This document shows, one piece after another, positions 27,926 through 38,471 of a stretch of 64,000 nt of DNA. The notes beneath the pieces were generated by a model, which was given only the letters and a program-made list of their open reading frames with translations, did not search any database and had not been told where the DNA came from. The number at the start of each line of letters is the position of its first letter. Positions within the stretch are counted from its first letter, which is position 1. A program made the position numbers and the translations under genes. Source of the DNA: Bacteroidia bacterium (lineage in GTDB: Bacteria > Bacteroidota > Bacteroidia > B-17B0 > Aurantibacillaceae); the NCBI GenBank assembly GCA_025362575.1, contig JANYIQ010000020.1, forward strand, positions 14,450 to 78,449. Direction: 5' to 3'.

Positions 27926-28891
27926 ATGATCGTAGTAACAGGAGCCGCAGGATTTATAGCAAGTTGTTTGATAAGCCGCTTAAATAAAGCCGGATTGAAA
28001 GATCTTATTTTGGTGGATGATTTTTCAAGAGTTGAAAGATCGTTAAACTATTACAACAAGAGCTATTCTCAACTCATTGAACGTTCTGAATTTGTTAAGT
28101 GGTTTGAAATTAACGCATCTAAAATAAAATTCGTATACCATATTGGTGCACGCACCGATACAACTGAGTTTAATCGTGATATATTCAATGAATTAAATTT
28201 GAACTACACCAAATCGCTTTGGCAGATCTGCGCACTACATCAGATCCCTTTTGTTTACGCTTCTTCGGCGGCAACGTATGGTTTAGGTGAGCACGGTTAT
28301 GATGATGACGAAACAAAAATCCATTTGTTAAAGCCATTGAACCCTTACGGCGACAGTAAAAACGATTTTGATAAATGGGCCGTTCAGCAAAAAGCATGCC
28401 CGCCAATTTGGTTAGGTTTCAAATTCTTTAATGTTTACGGACCGAATGAATTTCATAAGGGCAGAATGGCATCAGTAATTTTCCATTCTTTTAGCCAAAT
28501 AAATGAAAAAGGTTTTGTAAAATTATTCAGAAGCCATAACCCTAAGTATTCTGATGGCGGACAATTGCGTGATTTTGTTTACGTCAAAGATCTTGCTGAG
28601 GTTTTGTTTTTTACCCATGATAATAAAATGAAGAACGGAATTTATAATTTAGGAAGCGGAACAGCACGCACATTTCTGGACCTTGCAAAAGCTACTTTTA
28701 GCGCTTTAGGAAAAGAAGCCAAAATCGAATTCATAGATACGCCGATCGATATTCGCGATAAATATCAGTATTTCACCGAAGCTAATATGGCAAAACTAAA
28801 AAACGCCGGTTACTCGAAACCCTTTACCTCATTAGAAGAAGGCGTTAGTGATTACGTGAAGAATTATTTAGAAGGGCATAAGTACTATTAA
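27926..28891 (+). CDS. hldD: ADP-L-glycero-D-manno-heptose 6-epimerase
   Basis: Collinear with E. coli RfaD as I recall it: MIVVTGAAGFI, YASSAATYG, NPYGDSK, FFNVYGPNEFHKGRMASV, AGYSKPFTSLEEGV. Confidence 0.85.
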   Translation: MIVVTGAAGFIASCLISRLNKAGLKDLILVDDFSRVERSLNYYNKSYSQLIERSEFVKWFEINASKIKFVYHIGARTDTTEFNRDIFNELNLNYTKSLWQICALHQIPFVYASSAATYGLGEHGYDDDETKIHLLKPLNPYGDSKNDFDKWAVQQKACPPIWLGFKFFNVYGPNEFHKGRMASVIFHSFSQINEKGFVKLFRSHNPKYSDGGQLRDFVYVKDLAEVLFFTHDNKMKNGIYNLGSGTARTFLDLAKATFSALGKEAKIEFIDTPIDIRDKYQYFTEANMAKLKNAGYSKPFTSLEEGVSDYVKNYLEGHKYY

Positions 28892-28925
28892 TCACTCATC
28901 ACTTATCTCTCATAAATCATCACTA

Positions 28926-30467
28926 CTAAGCCATGTTCTGCTTTCTGATCTTAATGGCTTCTGAGAAAGAAATATTATGAATTTTCGAATCCAGCCAGGC
29001 ATAAAAATTAAAATACTCCAGAGCATTTTTCTCGTAAGGATCTTTGAATACGATTTGCATCTCTTCCTTAAAATTGATGTAGGTATTTACCTGTTTGCCT
29101 TCGCGTTTAGATAAGGATATTTTTTTGAAGTAGTCTAAGAACAGAACTTCAAAACGGTATTTGTTATCGAGTGAAGCAACAAAGCGCTGAGTGGATTTAT
29201 AAATGTATGGCAGCAGATCGTCGTTACCCAATTCAAAGTGAATGATCAAATTAATGAGTTTACAGATACGGATAATGTCTTGCCTTAACTCGGCATAGTT
29301 TGAGTTAATGATCTTATTGATCCAGTGCAAGGCCTTACTGTATTCGCCAATACCAAAATACACCATGGTAATAACGTGGTAAATTCTCAGTAACTCTTCT
29401 TCATTGATCTTTGCCTCATATTTCTCCAATCCTTTAATAACGGCAGGGATCACATTCTTTGCTTTATCATGCTGCCCAATGTATTCGTAGAGAAGAATTT
29501 CGTTGATGAAGGCTTTAGGAAAAATAGTGACCTGAAGATCGGCACTTTTGAATTCCGGGTTTAAGGATAAGGATTTTAATTTATCAATGGTTTTAAAGGC
29601 ATCGGTATATAAACGCTTGATGGCGTAATATCTGATGATGTAACTGTAAGCCACAACATAATCTTTCGGCATCTCTGAAATGAGGGATGGGTTGTTTTCC
29701 ATGATGTACACGATGCTTTGAAAAGAGTCGAACATTTCTTCTGTTTTATTCAGGAGTCGGTATGACAACCCTTTCACGTGTAAGGCAGTGATCATTGCTT
29801 TTTCGGAATTGATGAGCGAATGATCTTCCAGTAATTTATCGAAAAGTATTTTTTCAATTTCTTCGACATCTGCTTTGGTTCTTACGAATAGCAAACGTGT
29901 TGATAATTTATTTAGCTGACTTAATAATTTTTCGAAGTGCGTAAGCAGCTCTATCTTTTTGAAGATCTCAATTTCCTCATCAATAAGATTTTCAATTGTA
30001 ATGTTGGTGATCTCACCAAAATGAGCCTCCATATCGATAAGAACTTTTTCAAGATCAATGATCTCCAGAACGTAATAGAACAATTCGTATTTGTAAGCCT
30101 GTTCTTTTGTATAGTTCAATACTTTACGCGATTGCTTGTAAAGAGATTTATTGAAGAGTAAATGAATGTCTTTTATCTGCTTGTAAATTTCGGCCGCCAC
30201 GCTGTTCTCGATCCTGAAATGGCGAAGGCTTTTCAAAATGTGATGTAACAGCTGATTTTTTTCGGACGGCAAATGCTTTATAAAAGTTTCATTTTTGAAC
30301 TTTTGCTTTACGGCATTTTCATCATATTCATCAACCGTTGAGATATAGTTGAACAGTTTAATGTAATTTTTTTCACCTTGCTGCAGCGAAGAGGACCTCT
30401 GAAAATATTTTATCTCTTCAGGACTGAGTGATTTTATGATGTCAAATAATAAATTGGATGGTTTCAT
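28926..30467 (-). CDS. hypothetical all-alpha (TPR-like) protein, tandem paralog 1 (513 aa)
   Basis: Long ORF with full-length collinear similarity to the neighbouring 513-aa ORF. No catalytic motif recognised. Confidence 0.7.
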   Translation of the reverse strand: MKPSNLLFDIIKSLSPEEIKYFQRSSSLQQGEKNYIKLFNYISTVDEYDENAVKQKFKNETFIKHLPSEKNQLLHHILKSLRHFRIENSVAAEIYKQIKDIHLLFNKSLYKQSRKVLNYTKEQAYKYELFYYVLEIIDLEKVLIDMEAHFGEITNITIENLIDEEIEIFKKIELLTHFEKLLSQLNKLSTRLLFVRTKADVEEIEKILFDKLLEDHSLINSEKAMITALHVKGLSYRLLNKTEEMFDSFQSIVYIMENNPSLISEMPKDYVVAYSYIIRYYAIKRLYTDAFKTIDKLKSLSLNPEFKSADLQVTIFPKAFINEILLYEYIGQHDKAKNVIPAVIKGLEKYEAKINEEELLRIYHVITMVYFGIGEYSKALHWINKIINSNYAELRQDIIRICKLINLIIHFELGNDDLLPYIYKSTQRFVASLDNKYRFEVLFLDYFKKISLSKREGKQVNTYINFKEEMQIVFKDPYEKNALEYFNFYAWLDSKIHNISFSEAIKIRKQNMA

Positions 30468-30485
30468 GTTTGAATGTTTTCTTGT

Positions 30486-32027
30486 TTACCGCTTCCAGCT
30501 TTGTATTTGTTTTTTAAAAATGATCTCCCCTATTTTTTTATTCGTGGTCTTACTTTCCAAGTATGCCATAAAATCGAAATAGTAATTGGCGGTTTTCTCA
30601 TACGGATCTTTTAGGATAGCCGTAAGTTCTTTGTGCGCTTTTTTCCATACCTCCTCCGGATTCTTTGCAGTTGGTAATTCTTCAAACAGATCTAATATTA
30701 ATTTTTCGGTTTTAAAGAGGAACTTCTGCTCTTTGTAAAAATCACGAGCGGTTTTAAGTATGTAACTTAACTGCGGATATTTTTTAAGTTCGTAATGAAC
30801 AATGATATTCTGGATCCTCGAAAAGCACTGTATATCCTGACGAAGAACTTTATCGTTCTCATTCAAAATGATATTTACATATTTACCGGCCTCTTCAAAA
30901 TCCTGTGAATAAATGTACAGGTTGGCAAAATTGTAATAAAAGATCAGAAGCTCTTCTTTATTGATCTTCCCCTTAAAAACTTCAATCTGTGCATTGATGT
31001 ATTTAATGATGGGCAATACTTTTTCTGATTTTCCGCCATCCGTATAGATCAGCAATTGTGCATTGCTTGTGCTTGTAAAGATCTTAAGCTGTAGATCGGT
31101 TGTGTTAAAAGCAGGATGTGTTTTCAGTTTCATGAAACCATCGATCAGTTTTTCGGCGGTAGCATAATTAGCCTGCTCGATCTCAACCGAGAGGATATTA
31201 TTGATAGCCGATAGATAACGTTTAGGAAATTCAGAGATCAAAAAAGGATGCTTGTCCATTAAAGCCGCCATTTCCCTGAATTCGATCTGCCGTGTTGTAT
31301 TATCCCGTTTTTTAGAATAGCAAAGAGCCCGGCAGTGATGGTAAATAACAAGTGATTTTTTGGAAAAACATTTATCCTTGTTCTTAAGTAAGGGAGAGTT
31401 CAGTAATTTATCGTAGGGTTCAAACTCTTTCGGACTTTTTACTACCATGTTTTGACGTACCAGATAATTGAGCTGCGAGAACATCTGGGCATATTCACCC
31501 ATGTTCTTTGCCTTTTTTATTAAGGTCTGCTCTTCATTGATCAGATCATCAGTTGAATTGTTATTGAGTCCGAATTTATTTTCAACGTCTAGTAATTGTT
31601 TTTCGACCGAAATGATCTCTAAAATAAAATTGAAGCTTTCTTCTGCGTAAGCATCTTCTTTTAATTTGTTAAGCATTTTGCGGCACTGCTTATATTGGGC
31701 TTTATCGTATAAATTCCTGAGATTGGATATTTCGTCTTTTATAACGTGGCAGGGAATGCTTTCTGCAAAAAAAGTACGCTGGCTTTTTAGAATAACATCG
31801 TAGGTAAGTTTAATAAGTTCTTTTTCGCTGAGTTGCTTGTTCTTGGGTTTAACAATTTTCTGAAGTTTGCTTTCGTCAAAACTTTCAAGTTGTTCCAGCT
31901 CATCAAAGAATTTAACAACTAAGGCCGAATGAGCTTCTGAGCCTGCGGTAAGTTTAAAAAAGCGCTTTTCAGACTTGCTGAGCGATTTTACCAGGTCATA
32001 TAATTCTTGTATACTTACTAAGATCAT
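30486..32027 (-). CDS. hypothetical all-alpha (TPR-like) protein, tandem paralog 2 (513 aa)
   Basis: Motifs shared with paralog 1: YKQ[SC]RK[VM]LN, LEII..EK.L.D.E..FG, ISE[MF]PK, KIN.EELL, LRQDI, KDPYEK...YF.F.A.L.SK. Confidence 0.7.
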   Translation of the reverse strand: MILVSIQELYDLVKSLSKSEKRFFKLTAGSEAHSALVVKFFDELEQLESFDESKLQKIVKPKNKQLSEKELIKLTYDVILKSQRTFFAESIPCHVIKDEISNLRNLYDKAQYKQCRKMLNKLKEDAYAEESFNFILEIISVEKQLLDVENKFGLNNNSTDDLINEEQTLIKKAKNMGEYAQMFSQLNYLVRQNMVVKSPKEFEPYDKLLNSPLLKNKDKCFSKKSLVIYHHCRALCYSKKRDNTTRQIEFREMAALMDKHPFLISEFPKRYLSAINNILSVEIEQANYATAEKLIDGFMKLKTHPAFNTTDLQLKIFTSTSNAQLLIYTDGGKSEKVLPIIKYINAQIEVFKGKINKEELLIFYYNFANLYIYSQDFEEAGKYVNIILNENDKVLRQDIQCFSRIQNIIVHYELKKYPQLSYILKTARDFYKEQKFLFKTEKLILDLFEELPTAKNPEEVWKKAHKELTAILKDPYEKTANYYFDFMAYLESKTTNKKIGEIIFKKQIQSWKR

Positions 32028-32136
32028 GTTTTAGGAACTTAAAAGCCGAAATCCATAATTGGATTCCTAATATTGTTGTAAAAGAACACAATTTTCTTTA
32101 ATTTTATATGTCGCATCAAAAAAAGGAGCCCTGAAA

Positions 32137-34575
32137 ATGAAAAAAAATGTAGTTTTTATTGTAATCCTAATAGTTCTTTTACTGAATCTGAAGGCTCAGG
32201 TAGGAACCTGTCAAAATTTTAAGTCCGCTTCAAGCGCTGCCAGTATTTATTTGTCACCCGAAAATTTAAGAAGCGATACGATCAATATTTTAAAGTACAC
32301 CATTAACGTAAACATTACTGATTTCATTAAAGATACCATTCGCGGAAACACCACCATTAAATTCACGCCGAAAATTAGCGGGCAGAATAAATTAAGGCTT
32401 GATCTGCTAAAGATGTTTGTGGATTCCATAAAGCTGAGTAATACAAAACTTACCTATACTTATAATGACACTTTACTGAAAGTGAATTTGCCTTTAAGTT
32501 ATACTACAAACGATACCGTTGATGTGATTGTTTTCTATCATGGTAAACCTCAGGGCGATCCGTCGGGCTGGGGAGGTTTTTATTTTAATGGAAATTACGC
32601 ATTTAATTTAGGTGTTGGTTTTGGAGCTAAACCTCATAACTACGGCAGAGTATGGTTTCCGTGTTTCGATAATTTTGTTGAGAAAAGTGTTTATGAATTC
32701 AACATTACCACCGATACAAGTAAATCTGCTTATTGCAACGGACAATTAATGAGTGATGTAAAAGTTGGCGCCAACCGAACACGTAAATGGGTAATGAATA
32801 AAGAAATTCCTAGTTACCTGGCTTCGGTTGCTGTGGCCGATTATACTCAGGTTAACTGGACAACTACAGTTCTCACAGGCACGATTCCTATTGTTTTAAC
32901 GGGTCGGCCTTCAGATACAACTTCCATGAAAACAGGATTTGTAAATTTGAAAACAGCCATTGCAGGTTTCGAAAATTATTACGGGCCATATGTCTGGAAT
33001 CGCGTTGGATATTGTTTAGTGCCTTTTAGTAATGGCGCAATGGAACACGCTACTAATATTTCATATCCTCAGATAGCCATTGGTAATTTAGGATATGAAG
33101 CCAATTTGATGGCGCACGAATTGTCACATCATTGGTGGGGAGATCTCATGACCTGTGAGACTCAGGAAGACATGTGGCTTAACGAAGGAATGGCAACATA
33201 CAGCCAATATCTTTTTAAGGAATGGAAATACAATAAGCAGCAATACATAGATGATGTGAAATCAGAACACGAGTGGCTTTTGCATTTTGTTCATTTAAAA
33301 GAAACCCAGTATCGCGCGGTCTCGGGCATTCCATTTCAATATACTTATGGCGATCACGTTTACAAAAAAGGGGCAGATGTAGCGCATACACTAAGAACTT
33401 ATATGGGCGATGTGGATTTTTTTAACGGATTGAAATATGTACTTGCACAAAAAGCGTATAAGAACATGAACAGTGCCGAATTCAAATCCTTGTTGGAAAC
33501 TTCATCCGGAAAACCATTAGCTGACTTTTTTAATAACTGGGTTTTCGCGGGAGGCTGGCCTCATTTTTCGTTAGATTCTGTAAGTTATACTTCTATTGGT
33601 GGTGGAAATTATAGCGCGAATGTTTACATCAAGCAAAAATTAACCGGCGCGCCTTCTTACTTTAACAATGTGCCTATTGAAGTTACTTTTTTTAATTCAA
33701 CATGGGCTAAAACAGTAAAGCAATTTACACTGAGTGGAGCAAATTCTGCTTTCACCACCACTTTAAATTTCAACCCAATTTATTCTGCAATAAATTTAGA
33801 TGCTAAGATCAGTGACGCAATCAGCTCTGATGTAAAGATCGTTAAGGCTCCCGGCACACAGAATTACACTGCGCTTGCAAAAGCAAACTTAGTGGTGAGT
33901 AATTCGGGCGCCGATTCTTCTTACATAAGGGTTGAACATAATTATGCAGCGCCGGATCCAATAAAGAACAATGTAAAAAATTATAAACTCTCAACTCAGC
34001 ATTACTGGAAGATCGGTGGAATTATGAGCCCCGGTTTCTTATCAAAAATGCAGATCCATTATGATGGTAATCCTGTACCCACTGCGACGGCCGTTTCGTC
34101 TGGGCCATATGCTTATCTGGACACTTGTTTGGCAAGCGTAAATGGCGATAGTTTAATTTTAGTGTATCGTAAGAACGCTGCCGACGATTGGAGAGTGGTG
34201 AGCAAGTACACGAAATTCGTCACTGGTTTAAGAACAGGAATAATTACAGTTGACACTGTTAAGTTCGGAGAGTATGCTTTTGCTAACAAGCAAGGTTCAG
34301 CATTGGCGGTAAAGTCATATGAAAAACCAGAATCGATTTTAAAAGTATTTCCAAATCCGGCTTCGAACAGCGTAACGTTTAAACTTGAAAATTATAATTT
34401 AAGCGGAACAGAAACCATAGAGATAAGAAATATTGAAGGAAAAATTATTTATAGTCAAGTGTTGAAAAATAAAGAAACAGTTTGGGATTGCGGCACGCTT
34501 GCAAAAGGCACTTATTTTGCTACGGTGTTAAAGCAGGGAAAAATCGTTTCGAAAGAAAAACTCATCTTGCAATAA
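32137..34575 (+). CDS. M1-family zinc aminopeptidase with T9SS type A C-terminal sorting domain
   Basis: Signal peptide, GAMEH exopeptidase motif, HELSHHWWGD...WLNEGMATY zinc site. C-terminal VFPNPASNSVTFKL...GTYFATV sorting domain. Confidence 0.85.
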   Translation: MKKNVVFIVILIVLLLNLKAQVGTCQNFKSASSAASIYLSPENLRSDTINILKYTINVNITDFIKDTIRGNTTIKFTPKISGQNKLRLDLLKMFVDSIKLSNTKLTYTYNDTLLKVNLPLSYTTNDTVDVIVFYHGKPQGDPSGWGGFYFNGNYAFNLGVGFGAKPHNYGRVWFPCFDNFVEKSVYEFNITTDTSKSAYCNGQLMSDVKVGANRTRKWVMNKEIPSYLASVAVADYTQVNWTTTVLTGTIPIVLTGRPSDTTSMKTGFVNLKTAIAGFENYYGPYVWNRVGYCLVPFSNGAMEHATNISYPQIAIGNLGYEANLMAHELSHHWWGDLMTCETQEDMWLNEGMATYSQYLFKEWKYNKQQYIDDVKSEHEWLLHFVHLKETQYRAVSGIPFQYTYGDHVYKKGADVAHTLRTYMGDVDFFNGLKYVLAQKAYKNMNSAEFKSLLETSSGKPLADFFNNWVFAGGWPHFSLDSVSYTSIGGGNYSANVYIKQKLTGAPSYFNNVPIEVTFFNSTWAKTVKQFTLSGANSAFTTTLNFNPIYSAINLDAKISDAISSDVKIVKAPGTQNYTALAKANLVVSNSGADSSYIRVEHNYAAPDPIKNNVKNYKLSTQHYWKIGGIMSPGFLSKMQIHYDGNPVPTATAVSSGPYAYLDTCLASVNGDSLILVYRKNAADDWRVVSKYTKFVTGLRTGIITVDTVKFGEYAFANKQGSALAVKSYEKPESILKVFPNPASNSVTFKLENYNLSGTETIEIRNIEGKIIYSQVLKNKETVWDCGTLAKGTYFATVLKQGKIVSKEKLILQ

Positions 34576-35712
34576 TTAATTTCCGAGAGCTTCTATCATG
34601 GCTTTTGCTTTCAGTAAGCACTCTTCATATTCTTTTTCCGGATCGCATAAATGGGTAATGGCGCTTCCAACTGAAAAAGATAAGTACTTATTTCCTTCAT
34701 CATAAAAAATACTTCTGATCAAAACGCTTAAGTCGAAATCACCATCCGCTTTCAAATAGCCGAGGCAGCCGGAGTAGGGTCCGCGACTGTATAATTCAAA
34801 TTCATCGATCAGTTGCATCGCGCGGATCTTTGGCGCGCCTGTCATGCTGGCCATCGGAAATGTAGCTTTGATAATGGAATCAATACCGGTGCTGTCTTTT
34901 AATTCGCAGCTCACTGTACTTACCATTTGATGTACCTGATCGTAAGTTTTGATCTCATAAAGGTTATCAACTTTAACACTTCCTTTTTTGGCGAGGCGGG
35001 AAAGATCATTTCTGGCCACGTCAACGATCATCACATTTTCGGTGCGTTCTTTCAAACTGTTTTGCAGTTCGTTTTTTATGAATTCATCCTCAGTGATGTC
35101 AACCCCTCGCTTTGCTGTTCCCTTAATGGGTTTTGTGAAAAGAGTATTCTCTCTCCTGCTTAAAAATAGTTCAGGACTTGATGAAATAATATATTTATCA
35201 TCGAATTTTGCGAGTGAAGAGTAAGGGGCTTTGCTTATCCTATTAAGTTTAAAATACAATTCAACGGGATCGATCTTCACATCAAAAGCCTCGAAGGCAA
35301 TGCAATAATTGATCTCATAAATATCGCCTTGCTGAATGTGTTCTTTAAGTGCCTTTACTTTTTCAACATAAAGTTTTTTGCTTACACTTGGAGAAATGAT
35401 CATTTTTGTGTTTGAAAAATTTTGTAGATGGAGCGAACTCAGGTCTGTGAAATTATTTTCTCTGTCACTTTCAAAATATAGGTGGTCAGGAAAATTCAGT
35501 GTTTGTTTATTTTTTGAATGCAGAGATTCTATGGTGTTTTTAAAGTCGTAATTATAGAATAAAACTCCGGTATGTTTTTGAGAAGAATATTCCGGAATTT
35601 TTTTGAAGCCATTAGAAGTTATAATATTCGGGCTAAACCCAAAAGTATGCCCGTTGGGATTGAATAAGCCGACGTATTTGTAACTGTTAAAAATGTCTTT
35701 TAAAACAACCAA
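34576..35712 (-). CDS. pabB: chorismate-binding enzyme, aminodeoxychorismate synthase component I-like
   Basis: C-terminal chorismate-binding motifs FPMASMTGAPKIRAMQLIDEFE and RGPYSGCLGY. It is a short form (378 aa), so the exact specificity is uncertain. Confidence 0.75.
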   Translation of the reverse strand: MVVLKDIFNSYKYVGLFNPNGHTFGFSPNIITSNGFKKIPEYSSQKHTGVLFYNYDFKNTIESLHSKNKQTLNFPDHLYFESDRENNFTDLSSLHLQNFSNTKMIISPSVSKKLYVEKVKALKEHIQQGDIYEINYCIAFEAFDVKIDPVELYFKLNRISKAPYSSLAKFDDKYIISSSPELFLSRRENTLFTKPIKGTAKRGVDITEDEFIKNELQNSLKERTENVMIVDVARNDLSRLAKKGSVKVDNLYEIKTYDQVHQMVSTVSCELKDSTGIDSIIKATFPMASMTGAPKIRAMQLIDEFELYSRGPYSGCLGYLKADGDFDLSVLIRSIFYDEGNKYLSFSVGSAITHLCDPEKEYEECLLKAKAMIEALGN

Positions 35713-35854
35713 TTTCTTAAAATACCTGTATAATGAGTGAATACCTTATTTTAATGAGTAAAAGTAGCACTTTTAAGCGCGAAAAATTGAAGTTTTAGCC
35801 AAAAACATTGTAATTTTAAAGGAGAATAGAATTTATAAGGGATTAATTTTTAGA

Positions 35855-37474
35855 ATGTTAAAGACAAAGAACATAAGATCATATTTTTCAATAGGTTTTT
35901 TATTACTTATTGGATCGAATGCTTTTGCACAGATTCCAATTCCTCAAACCATGAAGGTAATGAGTCAAAATGAGTTGCAGCAATCTCTTATTGTTTCAGA
36001 TCAGGTTGATTCTTTGCGAACCGGAAAGGTAATGGCTTGCGCCGGAAATGCGGCTAACGATAATTGGGCAAACGCAACAGCTTTGGTTGTAAATGGTGGT
36101 ATGTTAAACGGACAAACCACATGCGGAACAGTAGAAGCAGGTGAAACTACAAATTGCAATTCTGTATTTGGGGTTGGAACAACTGTTTGGTATAAGTTTG
36201 TTGCTACTGCAACCACCCATTATGTACAAATTGTTTATGCAACTGGTGGATGTTTTTTCGGTTCCTCTGTTTATGCAGGTGCCACTTTACCAACAACGGC
36301 CTGCACAAGCAATCCAATTAGTTGTCAGTCTGCTTCGGGCGGACCAGCCGCACACTTATATCAATTGACGAATTTAACAATAGCAAATACATATTATATT
36401 CAGGTATATTATCCTGCAGGCGGTGGTTGTGGCACAAATGGTACATTTAATATTCAGGTTACAACAGCGAATCCGGGCGGCACAATTACAAATAAACCTG
36501 AGATCAACAGTTGTGCAACAGCGCAACCGGGTTGTTTTTTTGGAAGCCCGCCAACAGTTAACACAGTTACTTCAACCTGCACTTCTTATCCGCTTGCAGC
36601 AGCCGGGTATTCAGCTAACGTTGTAATGACACTTTATCAGCAGTTCACCAGTTCAGCATCTTGGTCAAATTTTTCGTGGCAAGCGATTATCACTAGTAAT
36701 TGCGGTGGTGGAAACGTAGCGTATTTGAATTGGACCCTGTACAATTGTTCTTGCGGTCTGTTAGCTTGTGGTGACATTAGTACCTTAACAGGAAATGGCT
36801 TGGCCTGCGGAACATGCTATATTTTGAAGTATCAGTTCGAGTTGGCAAATTGTAGCAGTTTTACAACTGTTTGGCCTTATCAGAATGTACCGAACGCTCC
36901 AATTGCTTGTACTGTATTGCCTTTGGAGTTATTGTTTTTTACAGCAAATTATTCCGAAGAAAAATTTGTGGATATTAACTGGGAAACAGCAAGCGAAAAA
37001 GATCTTAGAGAATTTATTGTTGAGAGAAGCGTTGACGGAGGAAATCATGTTCAGTTAGTTAAAACAGCAGCAATTGCAAAAAACACCGGCGGAGCTAAAT
37101 ATGCATATCAGGATAAAACGAAATTGGAGAACGGCACTTACTATTATAGATTAACTGCTATTGAAAATAACGGGAAAGATCATTTCAGTAAAACAGTTGC
37201 CGTAAGCATTGAAGATGGAAAAGAGATCATTCGTTTTGCGCCGAATCCGGCACAAAATAATTTTGATATTATTTTCGGAAGCAATTCAATGAACTTAGAT
37301 ACTAAAATGGAAGTGTATAACAGTTTTGGACAAAAAGTAAAAGAAGAAAGTTTTATTTCTTCAGATCACTTGAAATCTGTTGACATAAGCGAATTGCCAT
37401 CAGGTTTGTATTTTGTAAATATAACAACACCTGCAAGTTCAAACATAATTAAGCAAACTTTAATTAAAGAATAA
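35855..37474 (+). CDS. Cys-rich secreted protein with T9SS type A C-terminal sorting domain
   Basis: Signal peptide, two PPC-like modules (NDNWANATAL...WYKF), C-terminal FAPNPAQNNFDIIF...GLYFVNITT. Confidence 0.7.
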   Translation: MLKTKNIRSYFSIGFLLLIGSNAFAQIPIPQTMKVMSQNELQQSLIVSDQVDSLRTGKVMACAGNAANDNWANATALVVNGGMLNGQTTCGTVEAGETTNCNSVFGVGTTVWYKFVATATTHYVQIVYATGGCFFGSSVYAGATLPTTACTSNPISCQSASGGPAAHLYQLTNLTIANTYYIQVYYPAGGGCGTNGTFNIQVTTANPGGTITNKPEINSCATAQPGCFFGSPPTVNTVTSTCTSYPLAAAGYSANVVMTLYQQFTSSASWSNFSWQAIITSNCGGGNVAYLNWTLYNCSCGLLACGDISTLTGNGLACGTCYILKYQFELANCSSFTTVWPYQNVPNAPIACTVLPLELLFFTANYSEEKFVDINWETASEKDLREFIVERSVDGGNHVQLVKTAAIAKNTGGAKYAYQDKTKLENGTYYYRLTAIENNGKDHFSKTVAVSIEDGKEIIRFAPNPAQNNFDIIFGSNSMNLDTKMEVYNSFGQKVKEESFISSDHLKSVDISELPSGLYFVNITTPASSNIIKQTLIKE

Positions 37475-38465
37475 TTCCCTTTATCGTTTCTACCCAATCA
37501 TCACCACTGTTCAAACTTTCCACTAACTGAACCTTATTCCCTCCGTGCTTGTGAAAGATCTCCTGGTACTCTGTGCTTATTTCATATATAGTCTCTAAAC
37601 AATCTGCAGTAAATGCGGGTGAAAAGACAAGAATGTTTTTCGCTCCTTTTTTTGCAAGGTCTTCAATGACCTTATCTGAAAATGGTTTCAGCCATTTATC
37701 ATTTAGTCTGCTTTGAAAACTCAAAGTATATTTCCCTTCAGGAATATTTAGTTTCTGAACAATGGCTTTTGTAGTTTGGTAACATCCTGCCTTGTAACAG
37801 TAATAATTGCTATCGTTCAATTCAGTTTCACAATTATGATCCTTGCATAAATAACCGTCTTCATATACTTTATCAACCTGGCGTTCAGGTAAACCGTGAT
37901 AACTGAAAACAATGTGTTCGTAATTATTTAGGTCGTATTTTTTGGCACGATTCACAACGCAGTTGATGTAATTGTCATTATCAAAATACTGACTAATAAT
38001 TTTGAGTTCAGGGATCACCCACCATTTGCTTACAATTTCCATGAAGCGCTGTAAGGCACTTCCGGTGCTACTGGAAGCGTATTGCGGAAATAAAGGAAAT
38101 ACGGTAATTTTGCGGTAGCCTTGTTTCTTCATTCGCTCTAAAACACTTTCCATGCTCGGACTTTGATAGCGCATGGCAAGTTCAACAGTATAATTCTCAC
38201 CAAGAACTTTTTGTAATTTATCTTTAAGAGCAAGCGAATGAAATAATAATGGTGAACCGTTCTCGGTCCAGATGTTCTTGTAAAGTCCAGCCGATCTAGG
38301 TGCACGAAAAGGAACAATGATGCCGTTCACCAATACAAAACGTCCAAAAGCATTGATGTCGATAACACGCTCATCGTTTAAGAACTGTGTTAAGTATTTT
38401 CTTACATCGTGAGTGCTTGGAGAATCGGGAGTACCAAGATTTAATAGTAATACAGCTTCTTTCAT
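37464..38465 (-). CDS. hemH: ferrochelatase
   Basis: N-terminal AVLLLNLGTPDSPS and overall family layout. 11-nt convergent overlap with the preceding gene. Confidence 0.9.
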   Translation of the reverse strand: MKEAVLLLNLGTPDSPSTHDVRKYLTQFLNDERVIDINAFGRFVLVNGIIVPFRAPRSAGLYKNIWTENGSPLLFHSLALKDKLQKVLGENYTVELAMRYQSPSMESVLERMKKQGYRKITVFPLFPQYASSSTGSALQRFMEIVSKWWVIPELKIISQYFDNDNYINCVVNRAKKYDLNNYEHIVFSYHGLPERQVDKVYEDGYLCKDHNCETELNDSNYYCYKAGCYQTTKAIVQKLNIPEGKYTLSFQSRLNDKWLKPFSDKVIEDLAKKGAKNILVFSPAFTADCLETIYEISTEYQEIFHKHGGNKVQLVESLNSGDDWVETIKGIIL

Positions 38466-38471
38466 TGTTGT

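Noticed and set aside
28892-28925. Short ATCACT/TCATCACT-rich spacer after hldD, and TAATGAGTGAA / TAATGAGTAAA direct repeats at about 35729-35760
   Set aside because: These are very short, low-complexity motifs. The similarity (shared ATGAGTGA) could easily be chance, so there is not enough to call a repeat family.
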